DNA of 54,340 bases from an uncultured archaeon. Its GTDB lineage: Archaea; Aenigmatarchaeota; Aenigmatarchaeia; CG10238-14; EX4484-224. Under the pieces are notes generated by a model. The model was given only the letters and a program-made list of their open reading frames with translations, did not search any database and was not told the DNA's origin. Position numbers and translations under genes: made by a program. Location of the stretch: contig CAZGBT010000005.1 of the NCBI GenBank assembly GCA_964524025.1, forward strand, positions 4,554 to 58,893, given 5' to 3'. Below, piece by piece: positions 1 to 9,879 of this stretch; within the stretch, counting starts at the first letter, position 1; every line of letters begins with the position of its first letter.

Positions 1-929
1 TCAAAAATTATTTCATCCTTCTTAAGTATAATTCTCATTAAATCGCAAGCTACTTTAGTATTCGGAAAGACTTTTTTAGCTTCTTCTTCTAGTATGCTAA
101 CATCCCTATACCTTCTACTTATATGAGTCAAAACCAACCATTTAACCCCAGCTTTTTTAGCAATTTCGGCCGCTTTTTTTACATCTGCATGAGCTTTGTC
201 TTCTGTTAGTTCTTCTTCTAAAAAAGTACCATCATGAATTAAAACATCAGCATCGGTTGAAATTTTTAGTACATTATCGCAAGGTTTTGTATCTCCTGTA
301 TAAACTATTTTTAGTCCTTTTCTTAAAGTTGCTACTTCTTCTATCCTTACAATCCTTCCCTTATATTTTGCTTCCCCATATTTCTTCAACCTCTTAAGCC
401 AGGCTCCCCTTTTCAATCCGAGCATTTTTAGTGCTTCTACATCGATGCTCCATTTATCTTTTTCCTTAATTGCATAAGCTACAGCCGGGACTGTATGACA
501 AACAGGAATTGAAAATATATCAAAATCTTTAGAAGAATAAATTCTATTAATTACATCGCCTTCAAAATTTACGTCAACCGGAATCACTTTAAAACGAGTG
601 CCAAAATAACCCAAAGATAAGATTAGCTTAGTAAATTTTTCCGCTTCTGGACCATATACTAGTAACTTTCTCTTCCTTTTTTCTAAATTCATAGTAGCAA
701 TTAAAGGTAGCAAACCAGCAAAATGGTCTGCATGCCAATGGGTTATGAAAACTGCATCTACGTCCATAAAGCTTATGCCAGCCTTCATAAGTTGCAATTG
801 GGTTCCCTCTCCGCAGTCAAATAAGAATGTATATTTCTTCTTCCCAAAATATTCTATACAAATTGCAGGATGCATCCTTTCCTTTGTCGGTATACCAGAA
901 ACTGTACCCAAAAAGGTTATTACAATCAT
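1..929 (-). CDS. rnz: Ribonuclease Z (3' end runs off the window)
   Basis: Manual translation from ATG at 929: MIVITFLGTVSGIPTKERMHPA...FDCGEG...THWHADH (metallo-beta-lactamase motif). ATGA overlap with the cca stop. Not in the ORF track. Confidence 0.92.
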   Translation of the reverse strand, partial: MIVITFLGTVSGIPTKERMHPAICIEYFGKKKYTFLFDCGEGTQLQLMKAGISFMDVDAVFITHWHADHFAGLLPLIATMNLEKRKRKLLVYGPEAEKFTKLILSLGYFGTRFKVIPVDVNFEGDVINRIYSSKDFDIFSIPVCHTVPAVAYAIKEKDKWSIDVEALKMLGLKRGAWLKRLKKYGEAKYKGRIVRIEEVATLRKGLKIVYTGDTKPCDNVLKISTDADVLIHDGTFLEEELTEDKAHADVKKAAEIAKKAGVKWLVLTHISRRYRDVSILEEEAKKVFPNTKVACDLMRIILKKDEIIF

Positions 930-2344
930 ACCAATCTTTCTTTTTCAAAATACTTTTTCAAAAAGATTCCAACTTGCTTATTTTCTCTAATCAATTTGCA
1001 TATTTCATTTCCAACCAATATTTCAAAACCTTTAGAAATTTCTTCAGCAATGTAAGACGGTATGCCTTTTGCTTTCAATATTTCAACGGGTTTATTTAAA
1101 CTATCGAAAAGTTTATCTCTTGCCGTTATGAATTTCCTTCTTATTTCAACACACCATCTTATACCTTCTACATAAGGGCCTACGATAGCTTCCTCTCTGT
1201 ATTTATTTAAAAATCTCTCAGAATCCCTTAGGTTAAAAACAGGTGGCCCAACCCTTTTTTGGATAAAAGGCAACCTAAAAACTTCCATTTCTAACAATAC
1301 AAGAGCTATTTCTTTTTCATCCGTAAATACATCCTTCCTTAATACTTTAAATTCATACTTTTTCTCTTCCAAAATATTTTGCAACCTTTCTGCAAATTTC
1401 CTCAGTTGCGGCCATAAGATATCAGGTACAACTTTAGGCGGTTTAAACTTAATCAAAATTATTTCGGTTCCCCTTTCTTTAACCTTCTTTCTAAATTCCG
1501 AAACTCCTATTGGCTTAACACTTTTCTCTCTAAAAAAATCCAAGGAGGGATTTTCCAGAAATCTTGCACATAATTTTTTGAATTTATAAAAATTCTCAAC
1601 TGAAAGCGCAGCAGCTACATTCCTAAACTTATCTACAGGATCTATTATAATAAGTGGCTGCTTCCTAAAAATTTCTTGAACAGGTTCGACTTTGCCTTTC
1701 CATAAATTTTCTATATCTATAATCAAACCAGGTTTCCACTCAATAGCACTTTTTACCAAATTCAGAAAGCTTTGATAATAGAGTATTAAAAGCTCACAAG
1801 CATAACCAGAAAATCCCTGCGTCTTTGCATCTGCACCATAAAGTCCGCTAACTTTTAAAAACTTTTTAAGAAGTCTGATCTCGTCGCATAGCTTTTTATT
1901 TAATTTTTGCTTAAGATAAGCCAAATGAAAAGGAGTTCTATCAACTGCAGATTTTATTTCATAAGCACTTTTTACACCAAAACAAGGAACTATATCTATT
2001 TCTACTCCTCTAAAATCAATTCTTACATAAGGATGCTCTGCATATTCAATCCTCCATTTGCCGCCAAGTTTTTCTGCAACTTTCTTTCCTATCTCCAAAC
2101 CTTTCTCTTCCAGTTCTTTTCGTGAGATAGATGAATCGAAAACTAAAAAAATATCGAATTCACTTTTTTCTGGAAGCCAAGTATCCCTTGCAAAACTACC
2201 CGTTAGAATAGGTTTTGCTTCTCCTGCAGAAATCTCCTCACATGCCTTTAAAAACAATTGAGAAATTTCTTCAATCTTCTTCCTTAATTCCTCTGGAGGC
2301 CTTACCAAGTTCTTAGCTTCTTCCAAAACCTTTTCGATTTCCAT
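926..2344 (-). CDS. cca: Archaeal class I CCA-adding enzyme
   Basis: GSFARDTWL..EFDIF, YAEHPY, SAVDRTPFH and GFSGY motifs. ATG 2344 is a more likely start than 2377. Confidence 0.95.
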   Translation of the reverse strand: MEIEKVLEEAKNLVRPPEELRKKIEEISQLFLKACEEISAGEAKPILTGSFARDTWLPEKSEFDIFLVFDSSISRKELEEKGLEIGKKVAEKLGGKWRIEYAEHPYVRIDFRGVEIDIVPCFGVKSAYEIKSAVDRTPFHLAYLKQKLNKKLCDEIRLLKKFLKVSGLYGADAKTQGFSGYACELLILYYQSFLNLVKSAIEWKPGLIIDIENLWKGKVEPVQEIFRKQPLIIIDPVDKFRNVAAALSVENFYKFKKLCARFLENPSLDFFREKSVKPIGVSEFRKKVKERGTEIILIKFKPPKVVPDILWPQLRKFAERLQNILEEKKYEFKVLRKDVFTDEKEIALVLLEMEVFRLPFIQKRVGPPVFNLRDSERFLNKYREEAIVGPYVEGIRWCVEIRRKFITARDKLFDSLNKPVEILKAKGIPSYIAEEISKGFEILVGNEICKLIRENKQVGIFLKKYFEKERLV

Positions 2345-2440
2345 AAATTGATATAGTTTTTTAGCAACATATACCAATCTTTATTAAATTGCAATCAAGA
2401 AGTAGTGACATTTATAAATATTAACTACTTAAAAGTAATT

Positions 2441-2578
2441 ATGAATACACAGTTGATAGAAGAACAACTTCAGAGGACTTTAAAAGCACTAGCTAAAGCT
2501 AGAAGCGTTAGGGAAGTAAAAGCTTTACAAGACAGAGTCAGGTTCTTAAGGAAGTTACTGGAAAGGTGTAAAGCTTAG
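2441..2578 (+). CDS. Putative 45-aa helical microprotein
   Basis: MNTQLIEEQLQRTLKALAKARSVREVKALQDRVRFLRKLLERCKA; TTTATAAATA box about 25 bp upstream. Confidence 0.45.
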   Translation: MNTQLIEEQLQRTLKALAKARSVREVKALQDRVRFLRKLLERCKA

Positions 2579-3329
2579 TGATATAGTTTGGATCCATTAG
2601 CCTAACAAATAAAATCCCCCTTATGAAATCAGGAAATTCTTGAACAGCGAATTGGAGAAAAGAGGAAAGTGGTTTATTTAAAATTCTTTTAACACGCAAA
2701 AGGAGTTGTGGGATGTTAAAATGAATAGATTCGCCTTTTATTTCTACTCTAGAAACCTCCCACCAATCCGTACTAACCTTTTTTGCTACTCCTTTCTTTT
2801 CTAAAAAGTAAAAAACAGGCAAATAGGTTTGCTTAATTAAAAAAGGGTCTACTTCTCTGATAAATCTATAATTATGCCGCGCCCTCCAAGGTCTTCTGGC
2901 AGATTCCCTTACAAGGTATAGGTAAAGAGGATAACATACATGCATTTTCACCATGTCACAACCCCAGAATTCAATAGCATATCTTATAGCGTCGTAAACC
3001 AATGGTAGCTTCGCAGCAAGTATATATTTACGAAGAAATGCGTAACCCTCGAGTATTCTTACTGGCCTTTCTAGACCGAGGAAAAAATCATACCTTACTA
3101 TCATGCGTGGAGGTACTGCAATTATATCAATTGGCTTGCCTTCGAAGCTAAACTCGTCTTTAATTCGATACATCTTGGATCCTTTTGGTAATACAACACA
3201 AACATCTATATCCGAATCGTCCCTTGATAAACCGACTACATTCGAACCGTAAATGTAAACAGCCTCTCTTTTAGGAAAACATTCGTCTATTATATCCATC
3301 AAAAATTTCTCTAATCGACCAAAATCCAC
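2538..3329 (-). CDS. Pol-beta-like nucleotidyltransferase-domain protein
   Basis: YGSNVVGLSRDDSDIDV = GS...DxD motif at the N-terminus; C-terminal part not recognised. Confidence 0.75.
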   Translation of the reverse strand: MDFGRLEKFLMDIIDECFPKREAVYIYGSNVVGLSRDDSDIDVCVVLPKGSKMYRIKDEFSFEGKPIDIIAVPPRMIVRYDFFLGLERPVRILEGYAFLRKYILAAKLPLVYDAIRYAIEFWGCDMVKMHVCYPLYLYLVRESARRPWRARHNYRFIREVDPFLIKQTYLPVFYFLEKKGVAKKVSTDWWEVSRVEIKGESIHFNIPQLLLRVKRILNKPLSSFLQFAVQEFPDFIRGILFVRLMDPNYITKLYTFPVTSLRT

Positions 3330-3371
3330 GGTTAACTCTACTTACTTTAAAAATTTAAAACTGAACAAGAA

Positions 3372-3444
3372 TAGCCCCGCCCGGATTCGAACCGGGGTCT
3401 CCGGGTCCAGAGCCCGGCATCCTTGGCCGCTAGACGACGGGGCT
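3372..3444 (-). tRNA. tRNA-Gln(CTG)
   Basis: Cloverleaf AGCCCCG...CCGGG-CT-CTG-GA-CCCGG...GTTCGAATC; A1:U72 pair; no encoded CCA. Confidence 0.96.
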
Positions 3445-3604
3445 TTCAACCTTACAACTTATATTTTTTACGTAAGTTATTAAACAATCTTCTTACTCTG
3501 ATTTTGCCTAAAACTTGGACGCTTTTAACAGAAAATGGCCAACTTCTTGAATCAATAAAGTCTCTCCAAGCTAATTGAAAACCTGTAGAAGTTAGCTCTA
3601 AAAA

Positions 3605-4423
3605 TTAAAACTTGACCGGCTCTGAGTTTTGCCAGACTAACTCGAAAAGTGGCTCTAAAACATCGCTTGCCGCATGTTCGCTCCTTGACCAAATTGCTAA
3701 TTCTTCTGTTTTATGGACTTCGCCTGGTGAAGTAAGATTCATCAATATCTCTTTTCCATCGATAATTGCAAACCTTCCCTTTACTGGTATTTCTTTTTCA
3801 TTTATATTCCTTATTTCAGCAATTCCAGCAAGAGGTCTAAGAAATTCAAGATATTTCTTGGGGATTTTCGAAGCAATTCTTATTTCAACACCTCTTTCCT
3901 TAGCCTCTCTCAAGTATTTAAGATAATAAGTTGCCAAATCCTTAAGTCCTTCAGGAGTTGTTAATATGTTTATCTTCTTATTGGCGCCTTTAAACATGCT
4001 TTCTAGCTGCCTTTTAAGTAAAATTCCTTTAACGGCGCCTGTTAATTCTTCTGGTTCTACAAACTTTAACCCTTGCGTATACAATTTTTTCAACTCATCC
4101 ATTATGGCCGAATTCTTTATTTCATCTATCCTTGCGATTCTTGCTTTAAATTCTTCTTCGAGTATTTTCTTAGCCCTTTCCAAAGCTTCTTCTGGTGGAA
4201 CAGCAACGAATTTCATCGGTTTACCTCCTTGCGGAAGAGCAAACCCCTTAGCTACTAAACTCTGTAATATATCGTAAGACCTTGATCTAGGGACGTTTGT
4301 TATTTCTGAAAGTTCCCCTGGGCTAGCTACACCTTTAGCTAATAACGCTACCCAGATTTTTCTCTCATAAAGGTTTAATCCAATAGCTTTTAGAGCATCC
4401 ATTACGGCTTGAGACACTAACAT
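3605..4423 (-). CDS. TrmB-family transcriptional regulator
   Basis: GLNLYE..VPRSRSYDILQSL wHTH plus C-terminal PLD-like effector domain. ATG 4423 fits the TATA at 4444-4453. Confidence 0.88.
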   Translation of the reverse strand: MLVSQAVMDALKAIGLNLYERKIWVALLAKGVASPGELSEITNVPRSRSYDILQSLVAKGFALPQGGKPMKFVAVPPEEALERAKKILEEEFKARIARIDEIKNSAIMDELKKLYTQGLKFVEPEELTGAVKGILLKRQLESMFKGANKKINILTTPEGLKDLATYYLKYLREAKERGVEIRIASKIPKKYLEFLRPLAGIAEIRNINEKEIPVKGRFAIIDGKEILMNLTSPGEVHKTEELAIWSRSEHAASDVLEPLFELVWQNSEPVKF

Positions 4424-4472
4424 AATTCTCACTTTCTAGTGGATATTTAAATAGATAATTTTAAATTCTTTA

Positions 4473-6170
4473 TCAACCCGCCTTCCCTTGGGTTTGGAAT
4501 AATCTTTTAAGTCTTTCGATCGTATCAGCTTCCATAGGACTTTTATCGAACCTTACTCTAACCAATCTTGGAAACCTTAAAGCATAGCCAGATTCGTAAT
4601 GTGGGGAAACTTGAATTTCCTGAAAACCTACTTCTACAACTATTTTCGGTTTTACCCAAACTTCCCTCCCCTTTTCTTTTACAATCAAAGGCTTAAGCAA
4701 CCTTGTCATTTCTTCAAATTGTTCTTCAGTTAAACCAGTGCCCATCATTCCACATGTTAAGAGTTTACCTGTATCTGGATCCCTGCATGCTAAAACATAA
4801 GAGCTTAACCATTTTGCCCTTTTTCCTTCCCCCCATGTGGCACCTACTATTACTAAATCCAAAGTTTCGGCTGTTGGTTTAATTTTATACCAACCACCAA
4901 CATGCCTTCCAAAAATGTAAGGAGATTCTGGGTTTTTTAGAAAAACCCCTTCTTGCTTCAAGCTTAAAGCTTTATGATAAAACTCCTCTATCTCTTTCAA
5001 ATCAGAAGTCTCGATCATTTCTGCAAGCATTATTTTACCAGGAACTTGTTCTATTATCGATTCTAGAATTTTCCTCCTTTCCTTAAGCGGTTTATCTATC
5101 AAAAGCTCGCCATTAAGATACACTATATCAAAAAGGTTTAGTTGAACTGGTATTTCCTCTACCATTTTTTCTATATCATACTTTCTCTGAATCCTCTGGC
5201 TCAATTTTTGAAATGGCATAGGTTTTCCAGTTTTCTTATCTATAGGCCAAGCCTCTCCTTCTATAATGCACTCTTCAGCCTTAACATGTTTTCTAATAGA
5301 TTCTACAACATCAGGAAATTGCTTAGTAACTTCTTCTTGCCTTCTAGTAAAAATCCAAACTTCATCTTTCTTTTTATGACATTGCATCCTTAAACCATCA
5401 TACTTAAACTCAACTATAACGCGAGGGTGTCTTTTTAAAACTTCCTCTATACTTTCAGCTTTTAACCCAAGCATAACTTGCATAGGCCTTCCCAAGACAG
5501 GCTTTACTTTTTTCAAACCCTCTATACCTTCTTCTTTTGCTATTAATGCAACTTCCCCAAAATCAGAAAGTATATTCCATGCGTACTCAACCCACTTAAC
5601 ACCTTCTTCTTTCCTAATACCTTTAGGTATCAAAAATGCTTCTACGATAGCGTCCCTCACAATACCCTCAGCAACCCCAATCCTTAATTCGCCTAGAATA
5701 GTTCTTACCAAGTACCTTGCTTCTTTAGGTTCTGCGTTAAGCAACAAACCAGATAGTATAGAAAGTTTTTTATCTTGAGATTTTTCACCAGTTATTCTGC
5801 CCAACTCCTGCAATTTATCAAAAACAAAACTTATAGTTAATTCTTTTTTGAAGAAAGTTTTCTGCCTTTTATTTCTTACGCAATGCTCAGCAGCTAACCC
5901 TAAATCTCCAAATTTTTTGTAAAGTTCTTCTATTTCTTTTGTAGAAAAACCTGTAGCTCTTGTTATAGCTCTTATCATAAGCTGGGTAGCGATGCCAAGT
6001 TCTATTTGTTTATAAGGTGGGTACACCAAAGATTGAGAAAGTAAAACAACTTTATACAGAATTTCTTTAGGAGTTTTCCTAAAAAACTCGGCAAGAATTC
6101 TCGTCTTTCCTATCTTTGAAGAAGTTTTTTCTAGATTTTCATAAACGTTAGCCAAATCTATATATTTCAT
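4473..6170 (-). CDS. lig: ATP-dependent DNA ligase
   Basis: EFKYDG, EG.FLK, WYKIK, DLVIVG and LRFPR motifs. Confidence 0.97.
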   Translation of the reverse strand: MKYIDLANVYENLEKTSSKIGKTRILAEFFRKTPKEILYKVVLLSQSLVYPPYKQIELGIATQLMIRAITRATGFSTKEIEELYKKFGDLGLAAEHCVRNKRQKTFFKKELTISFVFDKLQELGRITGEKSQDKKLSILSGLLLNAEPKEARYLVRTILGELRIGVAEGIVRDAIVEAFLIPKGIRKEEGVKWVEYAWNILSDFGEVALIAKEEGIEGLKKVKPVLGRPMQVMLGLKAESIEEVLKRHPRVIVEFKYDGLRMQCHKKKDEVWIFTRRQEEVTKQFPDVVESIRKHVKAEECIIEGEAWPIDKKTGKPMPFQKLSQRIQRKYDIEKMVEEIPVQLNLFDIVYLNGELLIDKPLKERRKILESIIEQVPGKIMLAEMIETSDLKEIEEFYHKALSLKQEGVFLKNPESPYIFGRHVGGWYKIKPTAETLDLVIVGATWGEGKRAKWLSSYVLACRDPDTGKLLTCGMMGTGLTEEQFEEMTRLLKPLIVKEKGREVWVKPKIVVEVGFQEIQVSPHYESGYALRFPRLVRVRFDKSPMEADTIERLKRLFQTQGKAG

Positions 6171-6208
6171 AATTTCAAAATCTTATTTCGAAAATAAAAG
6201 GGTTAAAA

Positions 6209-6361
6209 ATGAAAATAGCAACTTGGAATTTCAGGGTTTGTGAATATTGTCTCAAAAATTCCCATAAGAAAGTTTTAATGAAAAAGGAGAAGTTAATTTT
6301 TGAGGATAGAGAGATAGAGGTTTGGGTTTGTCCTGAATGTGGAAGCGTAAAAAAATATTAG
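6209..6361 (+). CDS. 50-aa Zn-ribbon microprotein
   Basis: MKIATWNFRVCEYC...VWVCPECGSVKKY; two CxxC; stop 2 bp before the nitroreductase start. Confidence 0.7.
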   Translation: MKIATWNFRVCEYCLKNSHKKVLMKKEKLIFEDREIEVWVCPECGSVKKY

Positions 6362-6362
6362 C

Positions 6363-6992
6363 ATGGACGTTTTTACTTGTTTGAAAAAATTGAGACAAGT
6401 CAGAAAATTTGAGAAGAAAGACGTTGATGATAAACTAATAGGAGTATTGCTTTATCATGCTACCCAATCCATCTGCGCTGGAGATTGCCAGGAATGGAAT
6501 TTCATAGTCGTGAAAGATAAAGAAATAAAAGAAAAACTTTATGAAGCTGCTTTAAAACAATCTTGGATAAAAGAAGCTCCAGTAGTAATTGTAGTTTGTG
6601 TCGACTTGGAGAAAATCGGCCTAAAATATGGAAGGAGGGGCGAGATCCTTTATGCTGTCGAAGATGCCTCTTTTGCAGCTTTGTCCATTGCACTTTGTGC
6701 TGTTGCGCTTGGGTTAGGAACTTATGTCGTTCAGGCTTTTGAAGAAGATTCTGTAAAAATAATCCTTCAATTACCAGATAATATAAGACCTATTTTTCTG
6801 ATAGCTTTAGGCTATCCAACTAAAGAAATATCTGAAAGAAAAAAGGAAAGGATTTGGTTCGAAAATTTAACTTGGGTAGATAGATTCGGCCAAAAGTACC
6901 TTATTTCATATTACATCCAACCAGGAATAAGCATGAGTCCAAGAAATTTGGAAGAAATTTTAGAGGATATAAAGAAAAAGATGAAAAGATAA
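6363..6992 (+). CDS. Nitroreductase family protein
   Basis: RQVRKF, AGDCQEWNFIVV, ALGLGT, IALGYP. Confidence 0.88.
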   Translation: MDVFTCLKKLRQVRKFEKKDVDDKLIGVLLYHATQSICAGDCQEWNFIVVKDKEIKEKLYEAALKQSWIKEAPVVIVVCVDLEKIGLKYGRRGEILYAVEDASFAALSIALCAVALGLGTYVVQAFEEDSVKIILQLPDNIRPIFLIALGYPTKEISERKKERIWFENLTWVDRFGQKYLISYYIQPGISMSPRNLEEILEDIKKKMKR

Positions 6993-6994
6993 TT

Positions 6995-8425
6995 ATGAGA
7001 AAATCTCTCCTTTTTTCTCTAATTTTTTTCATGCTTCTTTTGCAAGTATCGTTTGCCCAAGTTGAAATTTTACCAGAAAAAACTTCCTGTGTTGTTGAAA
7101 CTGGCCAAGTAGTTAAACTTAACGTAACAGTTGAAAATAAACAAACCTTTGATGATACTTTTACGATTTCGCTTTTTCCATCCTCTTTTTTCGGAACATC
7201 AATACTTCCTGAAAGGACTGCAATTTCAATCCCAAGACTTTCCTCAAAATCCTTCTTAATTTTAGTATCATCTTCGCTTGAAGCAAAAGAAGTAACAACT
7301 TTCGTTAAGCTATCGCTAACTTCTCTAATTACTAAAAAAATTTACTCAAAGGATATTTTGATTAAAGTAGTAAGGGCTATTCCGGTACATATTCAGAGCA
7401 TAACTCTATCAAAGTATATTCTAAAACCATCTGAAAGTTTTAATGTAAAAGTAGAAGTTAGGAATTTAGAGGAAAGTATTTCAGAAAAGTACTGGGTAGT
7501 TTTCATGCTTCTTAAAGATAGCAAATTAATCCATAAGGAAGTTAAAGACCTAGAAAACATTCCTCCACTATCCTCTTCATACGTAACCTTTAGTTACAAA
7601 TTCGGAAAATACCAAAGTGCTGGGGATTACAAGGTTAGGATTTTGCTGAAAGATTCTAAAGATAGAGTTATTGATGAGAAAATCGAAACCGTTAAGTTAA
7701 AGGAGGTAAAAATTGAGCCATCGCAGTATATTAGAAAAGAAGTTAAATATGGAATACTTAAGGCGACTGTCATAATTACGATTAAAAACGAAGGAAATGT
7801 TGAGACAGGACCATTCTATTTGACAGAATCTTTGCCAGCATTTGCTAAAAATTTCTTTTTCCCAACTATTGAGCCGGATTTTGAAAAAGCAGTCAACGGA
7901 AGAATTGTCTATGGATGGCTTATTAAAAACATTAATCCTGGTGAATCTGTCCAAATAACTTATACAATTTTTCTAGTACATTTTTGGTTGGCTTTGTTGT
8001 TTATCGTTTTCATAGTCTATTTCTCCATCCGAATAACTTTTGCGCCAACAATTTTGAAAATACCAAAGCATTTTGGTCCTATCACTAAAGAAAAAGAAAT
8101 CAAAATTACTTTATCTGTTAAGAACAAAGGAAGGAGGGAAATGAGAAACGTTAGAGTTGTTGATAAAGTACCTCCTATAGCCAGGGTTCTTAAGAAATTC
8201 GATACATTACCACCTACTAAAATTAAAGCAAGCAAAGAGGGAACCGTTTTAGAGTGGAGGTTCAGAAAGTTAAAACCAAAAGAGGAAAGAATTTTAACTT
8301 ATTACATAAGACCAGTAGTTGACGTTATAGGAGAGCTAAAGTTACCAGCAGCAATTTTAGAAGCTGGAAAGAAGGGAAAAAAGAAAATAATCAAGTCTGG
8401 AACTGTAAGTATTAAATCTGAATAA
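6995..8425 (+). CDS. Membrane-anchored surface protein with Ig-like (CARDB/DUF11-like) domains
   Basis: Signal peptide, repeated V.V.N beta-strands, one internal TM helix followed by another Ig-like domain. Confidence 0.6.
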   Translation: MRKSLLFSLIFFMLLLQVSFAQVEILPEKTSCVVETGQVVKLNVTVENKQTFDDTFTISLFPSSFFGTSILPERTAISIPRLSSKSFLILVSSSLEAKEVTTFVKLSLTSLITKKIYSKDILIKVVRAIPVHIQSITLSKYILKPSESFNVKVEVRNLEESISEKYWVVFMLLKDSKLIHKEVKDLENIPPLSSSYVTFSYKFGKYQSAGDYKVRILLKDSKDRVIDEKIETVKLKEVKIEPSQYIRKEVKYGILKATVIITIKNEGNVETGPFYLTESLPAFAKNFFFPTIEPDFEKAVNGRIVYGWLIKNINPGESVQITYTIFLVHFWLALLFIVFIVYFSIRITFAPTILKIPKHFGPITKEKEIKITLSVKNKGRREMRNVRVVDKVPPIARVLKKFDTLPPTKIKASKEGTVLEWRFRKLKPKEERILTYYIRPVVDVIGELKLPAAILEAGKKGKKKIIKSGTVSIKSE

Positions 8426-8442
8426 GGTAAAAATTTACTTGG

Positions 8443-8556
8443 CCCCCGGTAGCTCAACGGTAGAGCGTCCGGCTGTAGGCGAGTACGGCTGTACTTGCTG
8501 GTAGCCGGTGCTCGACAAATACCGGAAGGTTCCGGGTTCGAATCCCGGCCGGGGGA
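8443..8556 (+). tRNA. tRNA-Tyr(GTA) with 42-nt intron at 37/38 (8479-8520)
   Basis: C1:G72 acceptor; TCCGG-CT-GTA-G[intron]A-CCGGA; relaxed BHB motif. Confidence 0.93.
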
Positions 8557-8589
8557 TTAGTTTTTAATTACTAGTTACAATAAGTTATT

Positions 8590-8714
8590 GGGGTTGGCGG
8601 CCAAAGCGGAGGGGGTACGCCCGGTCTCATTCCGAACCCGGAAGCTAAGCCCTCCAGCGTAGTGGGTAGTACTCTGGCGTTAGGCCAGGGGAAATCCACC
8701 ACGCTGCCAACCCC
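8590..8714 (+). rRNA. rrf: 5S rRNA
   Basis: GGGGTTGGCGG/CTGCCAACCCC terminal helix; CCCGGTCTCATTCCGAACCCGGAAGCTAAG conserved core; T-run after the gene. Confidence 0.95.
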
Positions 8715-8757
8715 CTTTTTACAAATTTTAAAGAAATTACACCAAAAATTAAATACT

Positions 8758-8830
8758 GCCCCGGTCGTCTAGCGGCCTAGGATGCAGGCCTGTCACGCCT
8801 GAGACCCGGGTTCGAATCCCGGCCGGGGCG
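8758..8830 (+). tRNA. tRNA-Asp(GTC)
   Basis: Cloverleaf with CAGGC-CT-GTC-AC-GCCTG and G73. Confidence 0.96.
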
Positions 8831-8860
8831 TTTTTTAAATAAAAAATCGGTTTATAATTT

Positions 8861-9583
8861 ATGCTCTTTCCTCTAACAGAAACTAATAGGACATTCTTTG
8901 CTGGTTACTGTTTATCGAGCATTTTAGCGATTCTTCCCATGCTTTTTGCTTTTATCTTCTACAGAAAATATAAGGAACTTCTTATTCCACTTGTGGCTGG
9001 CTTTCTTATGGTAGTAGCAGAATTGATCCTTTCTAAAATTGGCTTCAGGATTATCTATGGAAATCTACATCCTTTACTTGTTATACTTGCAATAGGTTTT
9101 TCCCCAACTTTTCTTTTCGTTGGAGCGAGTTACATTTCTCTCTTTTACCTCTTTACAAAAAAGGAAAGAAAATTCTGTAAACTAGCTCTTCTTTTATTTG
9201 TAATAAGTTGGATCTTACATCCACTTGGGAATTTCATTCCAGCTTTTGGAGAATCGATTACGATTAGAAGAATAATGCCAGGATGGTGGCATTTGGCTGA
9301 AGTTAGTCTAACTATTTCTTTTTTCCTGTTAAACATTTTTCTCTTAAAACTTTATAAACCAACACTTTTAGCTTTTGCTACAGGAACTTTGCTCGATACT
9401 TTTTTTGAAGGTATTATGGCGGCATTTGGAATAAGATGGTATAAGGGTAATTTTCTTCTTAAATTCCTTCTTCATAGTTTTTTTGAGTTGAATACTGGAT
9501 TGATGCTTTCGTTATTCGTTTATGAAATTTTACTTAGAAGAAAGGGTAAAAGTTTGCTAAATTTTTTCTGTAGTAAAGTTTAA
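8861..9583 (+). CDS. Hypothetical polytopic membrane protein
   Basis: About 7 hydrophobic segments; family not recognised. Confidence 0.65.
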   Translation: MLFPLTETNRTFFAGYCLSSILAILPMLFAFIFYRKYKELLIPLVAGFLMVVAELILSKIGFRIIYGNLHPLLVILAIGFSPTFLFVGASYISLFYLFTKKERKFCKLALLLFVISWILHPLGNFIPAFGESITIRRIMPGWWHLAEVSLTISFFLLNIFLLKLYKPTLLAFATGTLLDTFFEGIMAAFGIRWYKGNFLLKFLLHSFFELNTGLMLSLFVYEILLRRKGKSLLNFFCSKV

Positions 9584-9624
9584 AAATATAATGGTAGCAT
9601 ATTACAATAAGCTAGTTAGGTGAT

Positions 9625-9879
9625 ATGTTGAGGAAGAATGAAGTAAATATTTTGGAGCATGAGTTAGTACCAAAACATGAAATAATTAGCGAAAAGGAGA
9701 AAGAAGAATTGTTAAAAAAATATGGAATAAAATCTTTAAGACAACTTCCGAGAATTTTAAGCTCGGATCCTGTAGTAAAAGCTATTGGAGCCAAAGTTGG
9801 TGATATAATAAAAATAACTAGGAAGAGTCCTACAGCTGGTGAGGCAGTTTATTATAGAATTGTTGTAAGAGGAGAATGA
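9625..9879 (+). CDS. rpoH: RNA polymerase subunit H (Rpo5)
   Basis: HELVPKH...LPRI..SDPV...RKSPTAG..YYR. Confidence 0.97.
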   Translation: MLRKNEVNILEHELVPKHEIISEKEKEELLKKYGIKSLRQLPRILSSDPVVKAIGAKVGDIIKITRKSPTAGEAVYYRIVVRGE

